The position numbers were made by a program, and so were the translations under genes. DNA of 64,000 nt from positions 468,084-532,083 of the forward strand of contig OY970230.1 of the NCBI GenBank assembly GCA_963714095.1, read 5' to 3'. This DNA is from Candidatus Gottesmanbacteria bacterium. Its GTDB lineage: Bacteria; Patescibacteriota; Microgenomatia; UBA10105; UBA927. The notes beneath the pieces are model-generated. The model saw nothing but the letters and a program-made list of their open reading frames with translations, was not told the DNA's origin and did no database searches. Of this stretch, positions 1 through 10,014 are shown piece by piece; the stretch's first letter is position 1, and each line of letters begins with the position of its first letter.

Positions 1-807
1 TGGATGGGCTCCAACCGGTCAAGTACTGCTGTTGCGATATTCGTGGTGTTGTTGGCTGTGGCGATAAATAATACATCGGACAAATCAAACGGGTAATCCA
101 GATAATGATCCGTAAATGCCACATTTTGTTCAGGATCCAGAAGTTCAACCAGGACTCCCATAATATCTCCGCGTGCCGCATCTGCAACACGGTCTATTTC
201 ATCGAGCAATATCACTGGATTTTTGCTGCCGGCAAACCGTAAGCCTTTAAGAATTAACCCTATTTCCGCATCCGGCCGCACACGGGACTGACCGCGCAGG
301 TCTAAAGCATCACTCATACCACCGAACGGAATACGGACAAACCGCCGACCCATTGCCTGGGCGATGGATTTTGCAAGCGTCGTTTTCCCTGTACCCACCA
401 GACCTACTAGACATAATATCGGCGCACGTCTGGCCAGCATTGCATGGGAAAGTTTTGCTTCATTCGCCTTTTCTTCCTGTTTCCAACGGTCCTCATTCAG
501 TTTTAATACCGATAAATATTCCAGAATACGTTCTTTTACCGGTTGTAGACCATAATGATTTTTTTCTAAAATTTCTTTCGCTTTCCCAAGATCCAATATG
601 TCTTCTGTCCGTGTATTCCACGGGAGTGCAACGACCCAATCAATATACCGGAGCATTTGTTCGATATGAACACGGGCTGTAATATCAGTTTCCAACCGTG
701 AAATTTCCTCCAGGTTACCCAGCACACGCGCTTCCAAATCACCGGGAACATGCGACTCTGCAATTTTTTTCCGGAGACCCGTTACTTCATCGGAGAGCTT
801 AGACATA
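1..807 (-). CDS. lon: ATP-dependent Lon protease, N-terminal part (gene runs off window start); begins directly at the AAA+ module and lacks the usual ~200-aa LON N-domain
   Basis: Manual translation of the minus strand from ATG at 805-807: MSKLSDEVTGLRKK...HYGLQPVKERILEYLSV...LVGLVGTGKTTLAKSIAQAMGRRFVRIPFGG...ILLDEIDRV. Walker A and Lon-type motifs present. Not in the ORF track because no stop lies inside the window. Confidence 0.85.
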
Positions 808-825
808 CAAAACCATCATATCACA

Positions 826-3003
826 TTAAAACCTACGAGGACCGCGACTGCCTCCCCGGAATGGCCTATTACCACCTTCTCTTCGTTCACGCATGGGGGC
901 TTTTTTGGCGTCTTCACCGAACAGCATGGATAAATTAATTCTGTGCATATCATCCACTTCCATTACCCGTACGTGCACTTTTTGGCCCAGCTTGACCACG
1001 TCTTCCGGCTTACTCACAAAACCCGTGGACATTTGAGATACATGCACCATGCCCTCTTTACCGGGAAGAATCTCCACAAAAGCACCGAACGGCAAGATGC
1101 GCTTGACTTCGCCGTCAAATTCTTCCCCGACGGTTACATCGCGGGTCAACCCTGTCACCCAATCAACTGCTTTTTGCACGGCAACCTGATCAACACCGGA
1201 AATCATGACAGACCCGTCATCTTCTACATCCACTGTGGCGCCGGTTGTGGCTATAATATTGCGGATCATTTTGCCGCCGGGTCCGATGACTTCACCGATT
1301 TTTTCAACCGGAATCTTCACGACTTGTACTTTGGGTGCGTATTGGGACAAACTCTTCCGCGGAGCAGCGAGAACAGACAACATTTTCTCCAAAATCTTCA
1401 TCCGTGCAACACGTGCCCGTTCAAACGTCCCTTCAATAATTTCATCCGTTATTCCGTCGATTTTCATATCCAGCTGAATTGCTGTAATACCATTTTTGGT
1501 TCCTGCCACTTTAAAATCCATGTCGCCGGCAAAATCTTCAATGCCCATGATGTCGGTGAGAAGTATAAACTTTTTCTTATCCGACATAAGACCAATGGAG
1601 ATACCTGCCACCGGTTCCTTGATCGGTACGCCCGCATCCATAAGGGCAAGAGTGGAAGCGCATGTGGATGCCATAGACGTAGATCCGTTACTGGACATTA
1701 CTTCGGAAACCAACCGGATCGTGTACGGGAATTCTTCCTCAGCCGGAATGACGGACAATAATGCCCGTTCGGCTAATGCTCCGTGACCGATCTCGCGGCG
1801 GGACGGCGTTCCCACTCGTCCGGTTTCTCCGACAGAATAGGGCGGCATGCTGTAATGATGGATATACCGCTTTGCCTCTTCTCCGGTCGGACTTTCAATA
1901 AGCTGTTCCAAAGACGGAGTGCCCAATGTGGCAACAGTCAAAACCTGTGTCTGACCGCGTTGGAAGACTGCACTTCCGTGCGTGCGGGGAAGCATACCGA
2001 CATCTACGGAAAGCGGTCGGATTTCATCAATTTTTCTGCCGTCAAACCGTTTTGCTTTCGTGAGAATGTTGTCGCGGACCTGTTTTTTAAACAGTGCATC
2101 AAGAGCCTCCTCAATTGCTTTTTGCGTATACTCTTTTCCGTATGCTTCTGTAATGGACTTCGCTAACGCTACAACCTCATCGCCGCCGAATTCTTTTTCC
2201 GCTTTTTTGGCGAATGCCGATTCCATTTCTTTTTTATAATCTTTGGCAATTTTTGCTTTCAGATCTTCAGCTTCTGTTGCAACCGGAGCTATAACTTTTT
2301 TCTTTCCAACTTCTTTAACCAACTCTTCAATAAGGCTGATGATCTTCGCATTGGATTCTTTTGCCATAATGACGGCTTTTTTTACTGTTTCTTCCGGTGT
2401 TTCGCAGAAACCGCCTTCGAGCATCATAACTTTATCCTTATTAGATGCAACGATAAAATCAAAATCACTTATCGCCTGTTCGGAAATACGGGGATTCACA
2501 ATAAGCGTCCCCTCATCGCCATCGGCATGGACATATCCCATGCGGACGCCGGAAACCGGTCCGTTCCACGGGATGGGAGAAATGGCAATAGCGGCCGATG
2601 TGGCGACAAGGGCCATGACATCCGGATCGTTTTCTCCGTCAACGGAAAGAACTGTGATAATTACCTGGACATCATGTTTATAGGATTTGGGAAACAGCGG
2701 CCGGATAGATCGGTCAATCACGCGTCCTGCCAGTACCGCATCATCGGAAGGTCTTCCCTCACGCTTCACCCAGCGGGAACCTTTAATGCGTCCGCCCGCA
2801 TAGAGCCGTTCGACGTATTCAACGGAAAGCGGAAAATAATCAAGCGTTGTTTCGCGGCTGGAAGCGGTAACGGTCGCCAATACCATCGTATCGCCGTACC
2901 GGGCTAACACCGCAGCAGAAGCCTGCTCGGCAAACCGACCCACCTCAAGCGAAAGCGTACGTCCGCCGATTTCTATGGATTTCTTAACAATTTTTTTCGA
3001 CAT
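826..3003 (-). CDS. pnp: polynucleotide phosphorylase (PNPase) with KH/S1 domains and an RG-rich C-terminal tail; start assigned to internal ATG (MSKKIVKK) rather than the ORF-track start at 3066
   Basis: 746-aa ORF with PNPase signature throughout (RNase PH domains, KH, S1; GGNRPFRGGSRGPRRF tail). The upstream rpsO terminator hairpin at 3036-3065 lies inside the longer ORF, which argues for the 3003 start. Confidence 0.95.
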   Translation of the reverse strand: MSKKIVKKSIEIGGRTLSLEVGRFAEQASAAVLARYGDTMVLATVTASSRETTLDYFPLSVEYVERLYAGGRIKGSRWVKREGRPSDDAVLAGRVIDRSIRPLFPKSYKHDVQVIITVLSVDGENDPDVMALVATSAAIAISPIPWNGPVSGVRMGYVHADGDEGTLIVNPRISEQAISDFDFIVASNKDKVMMLEGGFCETPEETVKKAVIMAKESNAKIISLIEELVKEVGKKKVIAPVATEAEDLKAKIAKDYKKEMESAFAKKAEKEFGGDEVVALAKSITEAYGKEYTQKAIEEALDALFKKQVRDNILTKAKRFDGRKIDEIRPLSVDVGMLPRTHGSAVFQRGQTQVLTVATLGTPSLEQLIESPTGEEAKRYIHHYSMPPYSVGETGRVGTPSRREIGHGALAERALLSVIPAEEEFPYTIRLVSEVMSSNGSTSMASTCASTLALMDAGVPIKEPVAGISIGLMSDKKKFILLTDIMGIEDFAGDMDFKVAGTKNGITAIQLDMKIDGITDEIIEGTFERARVARMKILEKMLSVLAAPRKSLSQYAPKVQVVKIPVEKIGEVIGPGGKMIRNIIATTGATVDVEDDGSVMISGVDQVAVQKAVDWVTGLTRDVTVGEEFDGEVKRILPFGAFVEILPGKEGMVHVSQMSTGFVSKPEDVVKLGQKVHVRVMEVDDMHRINLSMLFGEDAKKAPMRERREGGNRPFRGGSRGPRRF

Positions 3004-3035
3004 GAATTTTATGCTCGGGGAAAGAGGGAAGTGGG

Positions 3036-3065
3036 ATAAAATCAATTCGCCAGCTGGCGAACTCA
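3036..3065 (-). terminator. rpsO intrinsic terminator / pnp leader hairpin
   Basis: Near-perfect palindrome aattcgccagctggcgaa(c)t at 3044-3063, followed on the minus strand by GATTTTAT. It sits between the rpsO stop and the pnp start, as in the E. coli rpsO-pnp arrangement. Confidence 0.45.
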
Positions 3066-3116
3066 TTCCATCACACTTCTTTCTAATCCCTGAAATATAT
3101 TATACCAGAAATTTCC

Positions 3117-3515
3117 TTATTTTCCTAATCCAAGTTTCACTGAAATATCCTTGTAGCGTTTTGCGTCTTTCTTGTTGAGATAATTCAAAAGTCGCCGGCG
3201 TTTACTGACGATTCCCAATAAACCTCGCCGCGAATGATTATCGGACGGATTTGCTTTCAAATGGCCGACGAGTTTTTCAATACGCGCGGTCAGGAGTGCT
3301 ACCTGTACTTCAGGACTCCCCGTATCCCCTTCTTTTACCTGAAATTTTGCGATCACTTCCTGCTTTTCAACGCTGGGCGCCGGAATTATCGTTTCTTCGA
3401 TCTTTTTCGCAGCTTTTTTACCTATCGGGGCCTTGACTGCTGGTTTTACTGTTTTTGTTTCCTTTACCGCTTTCTTTTCAACAGTTTTCTTCACTTTTGT
3501 GGTTTTCGTGGCCAT
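3117..3515 (-). CDS. rpsO: 30S ribosomal protein S15 with ~45-aa lysine/alanine-rich N-terminal extension
   Basis: C-terminal 87 aa match bS15 ([20 protein letters not shown]...[20 protein letters not shown]). The N-terminal region [38 protein letters not shown] is histone H1-like. Confidence 0.9.
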   Translation of the reverse strand: MATKTTKVKKTVEKKAVKETKTVKPAVKAPIGKKAAKKIEETIIPAPSVEKQEVIAKFQVKEGDTGSPEVQVALLTARIEKLVGHLKANPSDNHSRRGLLGIVSKRRRLLNYLNKKDAKRYKDISVKLGLGK

Positions 3516-3601
3516 ATAAGTTCAAAATGGAGCAATTTCGCGCTCCAATGGAGGTATTTTACCACAAACCGTTCTTTTTTTCAACGGACAAACTAAGGAA
3601 G
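3516..3601 (-). promoter_or_regulatory. rpsO 5' region: weak hairpin after the DHH gene, extended -10 (TGGTAAAAT, plus-strand coordinates 3556-3564), and a 5-bp hairpin in the leader just upstream of the rpsO start
   Basis: Minus-strand read: ccgttgaaaaaaagaacgg hairpin; tggtaaaat; ggagcgcgaaattgctcc hairpin 15 nt before the ATG. Confidence 0.3.
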
Positions 3602-4480
3602 TTAAATCAGATTCGAGCTTTTGTAGATTTTTGGTTTGAGCCAGTCAGGCGGCGTCTCTACTACTGGCTTTTTAGACTCAACAACCGGTGCTGCAACGGT
3701 TTCTACTGTCGGCACCTCTTCCTGCGTTGTTATCGATGATTTCCAAAACCGCTTCCCTCCAGCTTTAATACAGGCAGCCGCAAGCTCAAATGCAGTCACC
3801 CCAACGTGAGCTGTTTGAAATGCATCTGTAGCTCCATACAGAGCATTTAATACATTTGTTGCGATATCCGTTGTCAATCTGGCGCCGATACCGGACAAAA
3901 ACTGCGACACGACTTCCGCCGTAGAACTAGACTCCGGATCAACGATGTTCATCGTGCCGTACATCGCGTTATTCGGATGCCTATCGATATTAACGACTGT
4001 TTTTCCGGTGAATAATTCCTTATTTTCTTCATAGACTTTTTTCAATCCCCCGAGATGAAGGGTATCAACGGTAAAAATTAAATCTGCGGCAGAGCCGCCA
4101 TACGAATAATGCACTTTGTCTTCCGAAAATCCTGCGTTTCCCGTACGGGGCTCTATAACCAGATTAAATTTGTTTCCTTCAATATTGTAGCTTACTTTTT
4201 CGATCGATCCTTCCTCATAATCAAGGGAAATAATGAAGTTTTTACGGGATAAGTCAGCCGCAAATTTATTGACTCCGACAAAACTGGAAAACTCAACCGT
4301 CATCGCGTCCGGACACACGATATGCGGCTTTTTCCCGAGACTTTCGAGTCCTAAATAGAGCGCGAGTGAACTCCCGACACTATCAAACGTCGGGTGTTCA
4401 TGGGTAACGATAAGAATATCGTTGGCCTTATCGAGGATCTCTTTTACTTTTGAAATGTCGTTGGTGAGGTCCATAATCAC
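3602..4480 (-). CDS. DHH-family phosphoesterase (NrnA-like nanoRNase/pAp phosphatase) with degenerate catalytic motifs, at the position where rbfA/nrnA sit in nusA-infB operons
   Basis: DHH-like motifs are present but altered: HEHPTFDSVGS instead of H-x-PDxDxxGS, and DRHP instead of DHH. The ORF overlaps infB by 4 nt (ATGA). Confidence 0.7.
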   Translation of the reverse strand: MIMDLTNDISKVKEILDKANDILIVTHEHPTFDSVGSSLALYLGLESLGKKPHIVCPDAMTVEFSSFVGVNKFAADLSRKNFIISLDYEEGSIEKVSYNIEGNKFNLVIEPRTGNAGFSEDKVHYSYGGSAADLIFTVDTLHLGGLKKVYEENKELFTGKTVVNIDRHPNNAMYGTMNIVDPESSSTAEVVSQFLSGIGARLTTDIATNVLNALYGATDAFQTAHVGVTAFELAAACIKAGGKRFWKSSITTQEEVPTVETVAAPVVESKKPVVETPPDWLKPKIYKSSNLI

Positions 4481-5961
4481 GTTGTGACGGCGATTATAGC
4501 ATCTTGAAGCGCAAAATCAACTTTTTTGTCAAAAAGGATCCCGCATTCGACACCGGCTTTGTCCACTTTTGTCGTATCTTCCTTACCTTTCCGTATGGAT
4601 TTAATCCTGGCACGGGCGATTTCTTCTTCGCCACGCATAATTTTAACGGTGTCCCCGCGTGCTAAACGCCCCGAAACCAGCTTTGTGCCGGCTATCCGGG
4701 ATTTTTCAAACGGAAATTCCGCAATTACAGCACCTGTACCTAATTCCCGTTCCACAGCAAGCACCTCTTTGAGGCCGGAAACCACCTCGGTAAGCTCGTC
4801 CAGAAGCTCATAAATGATGGTGTAAATGCGAAATACTACTTTCTCGGCTGTCGCCAGACGCTCTGCGGATGGCGGGCATTTAACATTGAATCCTACGATA
4901 ATTGCTTTAACGGATTTAGCAGTCAGAACGTCCGCTTCATTTATATCCCCGATTCCGGCGGTAACGAGTTCTACTTGTTTCGGAAGCGCAGCGATGATCG
5001 CTTCCATAGATCCGGCCGTATCGACTTTCAGGATTACCGTCAATTTCCGGCCTTCCTGCTCCGCAACCGGCTTGAGCCAGTCAGGCAAGTTTTCGGCGGT
5101 AAACGGCGCGTTTGGTGCAATAGTTTCCTGAGGTTTTTGATCCAAATATTCGTCCGTCCGCAAAACCGATCCGACAGATGGGAGTGATGTGAATCCCAAT
5201 ACTTCAACCGGCCTTGCCGGACCTGCTGACTGAACCGCATGACCATATTCATCAAACATCGCCCGGACGCGCGCAACCTGCTTTGCCCCTTCAAAAAGCA
5301 ATGTCCCGAATTTTAATGTTCCTTTTTTTACGACAACGGTAGCAACCATTCCCTTGCCCTTATCCAACCGCGTCTCGACGACGACCGCCTCAAGAGGTGC
5401 ATCCGGTTCATTGTCAAGACCTTTCATTTGGGCAACCAGTGTAATAAGTTCTAATAGTTCCGGTACCCCTTTGCCTGTTTTTGCAGAAACCTGAATCACG
5501 GGTATATCACCGCCGAAGCCTTCCACCTGCACACCATTTTTAGCCAGGTCGGACTTGACTTTGTCCGGCATCGCGGTCGGCAAATCAATTTTATTCATGA
5601 CCACAATCATCGAGGCTCCGGATGCTTTAATTTGCTCAATGGATTCTTTGGTTTGAGGCATCACACTATCGTCGGCGGCAACCACAAGAAGAGCGATATC
5701 TGCAACGCGCGCCCCGCGGCTACGCATTTTGGCGAACGCTTCGTGGCCGGGTGTATCAATGAACGTAATTTTTTGCTTTTCTTTCCCGACCTCTACCTGA
5801 TAGGCACCGATATGCTGGGTGATTCCGCCGTGTTCGCCCGCGGCGACATTTGTGTGACGGATCGTATCGAGAAGCGTGGTTTTCCCGTGGTCAACGTGAC
5901 CCAATACCGCAACGATCGGGGGCCGTGAGAGTGTTTGTGCTTCTGTTTTCTTTTTCTTCAT
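4477..5961 (-). CDS. infB: translation initiation factor IF-2, minimal form (G domain starts at residue ~15)
   Basis: [17 protein letters not shown]1 motif, DTPGH, NKID, and C-terminal beta-barrel domains; 494 aa. Confidence 0.95.
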   Translation of the reverse strand: MKKKKTEAQTLSRPPIVAVLGHVDHGKTTLLDTIRHTNVAAGEHGGITQHIGAYQVEVGKEKQKITFIDTPGHEAFAKMRSRGARVADIALLVVAADDSVMPQTKESIEQIKASGASMIVVMNKIDLPTAMPDKVKSDLAKNGVQVEGFGGDIPVIQVSAKTGKGVPELLELITLVAQMKGLDNEPDAPLEAVVVETRLDKGKGMVATVVVKKGTLKFGTLLFEGAKQVARVRAMFDEYGHAVQSAGPARPVEVLGFTSLPSVGSVLRTDEYLDQKPQETIAPNAPFTAENLPDWLKPVAEQEGRKLTVILKVDTAGSMEAIIAALPKQVELVTAGIGDINEADVLTAKSVKAIIVGFNVKCPPSAERLATAEKVVFRIYTIIYELLDELTEVVSGLKEVLAVERELGTGAVIAEFPFEKSRIAGTKLVSGRLARGDTVKIMRGEEEIARARIKSIRKGKEDTTKVDKAGVECGILFDKKVDFALQDAIIAVTT

Positions 5962-5992
5962 GTTTTGAAAAAATAATCCAGCGTTTCATACC

Positions 5993-7063
5993 TTATTCCG
6001 GTTTAACCGGCGCTGGTACAGCAACTTCCGCTGCTGCTTTCTCTTCAATTTTTTCATTCGTTCCTTTTTCAGCCGCAGGCTGACCTTCAACAATAGGGAC
6101 TCCTTTACCTCGAATATCAATCTTCCACCCAGTTAGTTTTGCAGCGAGCCGTACGTTTTGTCCGTCACGACCGATAGCCAGTGAAAGTTGATCGTCGGGT
6201 ACTAGTACTTCCGCGGATTTTTTTTCTTCGTTTAAACTAACTTCCATGTCCTTGGCAGGCGCCAGTGCCGACATAATAAAAACCTTGGGATCATCGCTCC
6301 ATTGGATAATATCAACTTTTTCAGCCCCGCCTAATTCGCTTATGACGCCCTGCACGCGTACACCTTTTTGCCCGACACACGATCCTACAGGATCCACGCC
6401 GGGTTGTTTAGAAAATACGGCAACTTTTGTCCTACCGCCGGCCTCGCGGGCGATAACACGAAATTCGACCGCGCCCTGGGCCACTTCCGGAACTTCACGC
6501 TTAAACAGTCCTTCAACGAGTCCTTTATGGGCACGGGAAACGATAATTTCATTGCCGCGCATGGTTTCACGGATTCCCTCCACATAGAACGTCAGCCGCT
6601 GGTTAAGATGGTACCGTTCACCCTGGCTCTGTTCGGACACCGGCATCACGGCCTGTGCACGACCGATATCAACGATAATATTCGGACCGTCAAACCGGAG
6701 CACCATTCCTGGTACAATCGAACCGATTTTGGTTTGGTAATCCGCCAAAACCGATTGTTTTTCCGCCTCCCGTATCCGCTGGAGAATAACTTGTTTAGCG
6801 GTTTGGGCGGCAATACGTCCGAATCCCGGAGGCGTAATGTCTTTACCGTCTTTGGATATTTTTGCCTCGCCCGTATCCGGATTAAGATCCACAACATACT
6901 GTTCAAGTTCAGTCGCCTCGGTAATACCTCCGCCGTAATCTTTACGGTACGCTGCCAAAATTGCAGCCTTTATGGTCTCCACAACCACAGCAGGATCAAT
7001 CCCCCGCTCCGTGGCGACTTGATTTAAGGCTAAGCTGAATTCACTTTTCACTGTTGCCGGCAT
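5993..7063 (-). CDS. nusA: transcription termination/antitermination factor NusA (no C-terminal AR repeats)
   Basis: 356 aa with N-domain, S1 and KH1/KH2 similarity (…GSIVPGMVLRFDGPNIIVDIGR…). Confidence 0.95.
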   Translation of the reverse strand: MPATVKSEFSLALNQVATERGIDPAVVVETIKAAILAAYRKDYGGGITEATELEQYVVDLNPDTGEAKISKDGKDITPPGFGRIAAQTAKQVILQRIREAEKQSVLADYQTKIGSIVPGMVLRFDGPNIIVDIGRAQAVMPVSEQSQGERYHLNQRLTFYVEGIRETMRGNEIIVSRAHKGLVEGLFKREVPEVAQGAVEFRVIAREAGGRTKVAVFSKQPGVDPVGSCVGQKGVRVQGVISELGGAEKVDIIQWSDDPKVFIMSALAPAKDMEVSLNEEKKSAEVLVPDDQLSLAIGRDGQNVRLAAKLTGWKIDIRGKGVPIVEGQPAAEKGTNEKIEEKAAAEVAVPAPVKPE

Positions 7064-7070
7064 AATTTAT

Positions 7071-7119
7071 AAAAAAAGGCGGGTCTCCCCACCTCATCTC
7101 TAATCTACCTATTATAGCA
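7071..7119 (-). promoter_or_regulatory. nusA leader: extended -10 (TGCTATAAT, plus coordinates 7111-7119), then a terminator-like hairpin plus U7 (7071-7093) ending 8 nt before the nusA ATG; candidate attenuator
   Basis: Minus-strand read: gtgcTATAATaggtagattagagatgaGGTGGGgagaCCCGCCtttttttataaattATG. Confidence 0.4.
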
Positions 7120-7124
7120 CGATT

Positions 7125-8036
7125 TTATACCCGGTCAAGCTCATCCAACATCTCCTTCTGCCTTCTATTTAGATGTGTCGGGACATGAAGCTGGATTTTG
7201 ACATACTGATCGCCGCGGCCATTGCCATGCACGTGCGGCACACCTTTTCCGTGAAGGCGGATAAGCGTTCCCGGTTGTGTTCCCTGCTGGATACGGATTT
7301 TTAAAGGCCCGTCAATTGTACGAACATCAACAATCGCGCCGAGCGCCGCCTGAGAAAACGTAATTTCGTGTTCGATAATAAGATCGTCGCCTTGCCGCTG
7401 ATACTCGTGGCTCGGTTTTACCTCCAACACAATATCAAAATCATCAAACCGGATACGGCTTCCTGTATCCACACCGGCCGGAATTTTAATGGTCTTTTTC
7501 ACCGACCCGTCACCTGCTTCGCCTGCCGGAACATGTATTTCACGCGTCGCACCTTTTACGGCATCCATAAAATCAATACTTAACTCATACGCCTGCCTCG
7601 GTTGACGCCGAGAACTTCTCCCGCCAAACCCGCCGCCGAAAAACTGCTCAAAAATTTCAAACGGATCGATAAAATCTTCGCCAAAGGGCATCCCACCTCC
7701 GCCAGATGACGGACTTCCATTTGTGGAATAATAATATTGGAACGGGCCTTGCCGTCCAAATCCGCCACCGAACGGATTACCGGGTTGACCTCCCATACCG
7801 CCTGCTCCGGGTTGAAATGCTGCATGCCCGAACTGATCATAGGTTTCTTTCTTCTTTGAGTCGGACAGGACAGCATACGCCTCGTTTATTTCCTTAAACT
7901 TTTCGTTTGCATTGGGGGATTTGTTGCGGTCCGGGTGCCACTGCAGCGCGAGCTTGCGGTACGCGGCCTTAATCTCCGCCAGAGACGCGGATTTCGATAA
8001 TCCTAAAATTTCGTAATAATCACGTTTTGTCGCCAT
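7125..8036 (-). CDS. dnaJ: DnaJ-family co-chaperone, type II (J domain + G/F region + C-terminal substrate-binding domains, no CxxCxGxG zinc finger)
   Basis: MATKRDYYEILGL...WHPDRN J domain with HPD; G/F-rich segment; no cysteine repeats. Confidence 0.85.
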   Translation of the reverse strand: MATKRDYYEILGLSKSASLAEIKAAYRKLALQWHPDRNKSPNANEKFKEINEAYAVLSDSKKKETYDQFGHAAFQPGAGGMGGQPGNPFGGGFGRQGPFQYYYSTNGSPSSGGGGMPFGEDFIDPFEIFEQFFGGGFGGRSSRRQPRQAYELSIDFMDAVKGATREIHVPAGEAGDGSVKKTIKIPAGVDTGSRIRFDDFDIVLEVKPSHEYQRQGDDLIIEHEITFSQAALGAIVDVRTIDGPLKIRIQQGTQPGTLIRLHGKGVPHVHGNGRGDQYVKIQLHVPTHLNRRQKEMLDELDRV

Positions 8037-8053
8037 AGCTTACAATTATAATT

Positions 8054-8080
8054 CAAAAATGCCCCGTCTTCACGAGGCAT
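8054..8080 (-). terminator. dnaK-dnaJ intergenic hairpin followed by a short U-run (partial terminator/processing site)
   Basis: atgccccgtcttcacgaggcat palindrome (6-bp stem) followed on the minus strand by TTTTG. Confidence 0.3.
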
Positions 8081-8108
8081 CTTTGCTTTTTATGTTTAAA
8101 ATCTGCGA

Positions 8109-10001
8109 TTAACTGACCACTTCCCCTTCTTCTACTTTCTTGTCATCTTTCTTTTGATCGTCAGCTTTGGGTTCCTCGGCTCCAGGCGCTCCTGTCGGAG
8201 GCGTCTGACCCTGCGAATACATACTCGCCCCGACTTTTTGGACTGCGTCGGAAAGCTCGCTGGTTTTGGTTTCCAAATCCTCTTTAGAACCGGAATCCAA
8301 AATTTCCTTGAGTGCCTTCGACTTTTCCTCAACCGCAGTCTTATCCTCAGCTTTCGCCTTATCACCTGCGTCCTTAAGCGTCTTTTCAGCTACATAGAGC
8401 ATATTGTCTGCTTTGTTGCGCGCCTCAATTTTCTCTTTTTTCTCAGAATCTGCAGCGGCATTGGCTTCGGCTTCCGTTTTCATCTTCTCGACTTCATCTT
8501 TGGAAAGACCGGTCGAGTTGGTGATGCGGATATTGGACGCTTTACCTGTTGCCTTGTCTTTTGCGGCAACGTTCAAAATACCGTTGGCATCGATATCAAA
8601 CGTCACTTCCACCTGCGGCACACCGCGCGGCGCCGGCGGAATTCCCGAGAGAATAAACCGGCCGAGCGACTTGTTGTCCGCTGCCATCGGGCGCTCCCCT
8701 TGTAAAATATTTATTTCAACTGATGTCTGATTATCGGCAGCAGTCGAGTAAATTTCCGTTTTACTGGTAGGCACCGTGGTATTTCTCGTAATCATAGGAG
8801 TCGAAACGCCTCCTAATGTCTCAACGGAAAGTGTTAAAGGTGTAACGTCCAATAAAACAACATCTTTCACTTCACCGGTTAAAACGCCCGCCTGAACCGC
8901 GGCGCCCACTGCCACAACTTCATCAGGATTGACAGATTGGTTGGGAGTTTTACCAAAGAAATCTTTCACCGTGGATACAACCTTCGGCATACGGGTCATG
9001 CCTCCGACCAACACGATTTCATCAATATCTTTGATGGTTTTCTTCGCATCAGACAGACATTTCTTGACCGGTTCAATGCTCTTGGTAATCAGGTCGCCGA
9101 CCAACGATTCGAGTTTGGCGCGGTTGATTTTCATAACCAAATGCAATGGCCCATTCTTGCCCTGCGTGATAAACGGCAGGTTAATTTCCGTTTCCATGGA
9201 ACTCGACAGCTCTATCTTCGCTTTCTCCGCTGCGTCACGGATCCGCTGCAGCGCCTGCGGATCTTTGCGCAAATCCACGCCGTTATCTTTCTTAAATTCA
9301 TCGGCGATGAAGTCCAGAATCCGCTTATCAAAGTCATCGCCGCCCAAATGCGTGTCACCGTTTGTCGCCTTCACTTCGTACACGCCTTCTCCGAGTTCAA
9401 GAATGGAAATATCAAACGTGCCACCACCAAGATCGTAGACGGCAATCGTATGGGCGTTTTTCTTATCTAATCCGTACGCGAGAGCCGATGCGGTCGGCTC
9501 GTTGACGATACGCATCACTTCAAGGCCCGCTATTTCCCCTGCCTGTTTCGTCGCCTGGCGCTGGGAATCATCAAAATATGCCGGCACGGTGATAACAGCC
9601 TGCGTTACGGTTTCGCCGAGATATTTCTCCGCATCTGCTTTGATTTTGGCAAGCACTTTGGCAGAAATTTCCTGTGGGGTAAATTCTTTCCCTTCTACCA
9701 CCACGACCGCCATCCCGTTTTTACCGGATTTGATGGTATACGGGAGAAGTTTCATGTCCATCTGCACGGACGGGTCGGAAAATTTGCGGCCCATGAGCCG
9801 TTTCACTGAAAAAATCGTGTCTTTGGGATTTAAGACCGCCTGATGCTTGGCCACGTCCCCGACAATATTTTTAATCGGATCCACAACGGACGGAATGACA
9901 TTCCTCCCCTCGGCGGAATGGATAACTTTCGGGGCGCCGCCTTCCATGACAGCGACACATGAATTTGTTGTCCCCAGATCAATACCGATAATTTTAGACA
10001 T
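8109..10001 (-). CDS. dnaK: molecular chaperone DnaK (Hsp70)
   Basis: [18 protein letters not shown]..., 630 aa, full Hsp70 signature. Confidence 0.97.
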   Translation of the reverse strand: MSKIIGIDLGTTNSCVAVMEGGAPKVIHSAEGRNVIPSVVDPIKNIVGDVAKHQAVLNPKDTIFSVKRLMGRKFSDPSVQMDMKLLPYTIKSGKNGMAVVVVEGKEFTPQEISAKVLAKIKADAEKYLGETVTQAVITVPAYFDDSQRQATKQAGEIAGLEVMRIVNEPTASALAYGLDKKNAHTIAVYDLGGGTFDISILELGEGVYEVKATNGDTHLGGDDFDKRILDFIADEFKKDNGVDLRKDPQALQRIRDAAEKAKIELSSSMETEINLPFITQGKNGPLHLVMKINRAKLESLVGDLITKSIEPVKKCLSDAKKTIKDIDEIVLVGGMTRMPKVVSTVKDFFGKTPNQSVNPDEVVAVGAAVQAGVLTGEVKDVVLLDVTPLTLSVETLGGVSTPMITRNTTVPTSKTEIYSTAADNQTSVEINILQGERPMAADNKSLGRFILSGIPPAPRGVPQVEVTFDIDANGILNVAAKDKATGKASNIRITNSTGLSKDEVEKMKTEAEANAAADSEKKEKIEARNKADNMLYVAEKTLKDAGDKAKAEDKTAVEEKSKALKEILDSGSKEDLETKTSELSDAVQKVGASMYSQGQTPPTGAPGAEEPKADDQKKDDKKVEEGEVVS

Positions 10002-10014
10002 AGAGAAACCTCCT

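Noticed and set aside
943-2907. Several 90-270-aa plus-strand ORFs inside the pnp region (943-1761, 1496-1786, 1783-2166, 2243-2683, 2527-2907)
   Set aside because: They lie antisense to a full-length, well-conserved PNPase. They are low-complexity with no recognisable domains, typical shadow ORFs.
826-3066. Longer pnp start at 3066 given by the ORF track (MSSPAGELILSHF...)
   Set aside because: The extension contains the rpsO terminator palindrome and has no PNPase similarity. MSKKIVKK at 3003 matches PNPase N-termini.
3626-5075. Shared 14-nt string ttgagccagtcagg and PDWLKP hexapeptide in the DHH C-terminus and IF-2
   Set aside because: Several chance 14-mer matches are expected in 64 kb (order of 5-10). 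The surrounding sequence diverges immediately, so there is no basis for a functional link.
8132-8730. ORFs inside and antisense to dnaK (8132-8365, 8154-8705, 8404-8730, 8929-9470)
   Set aside because: They overlap the Hsp70 coding sequence in alternative frames or antisense. They are arginine- or serine-rich low-complexity translations with no similarity.
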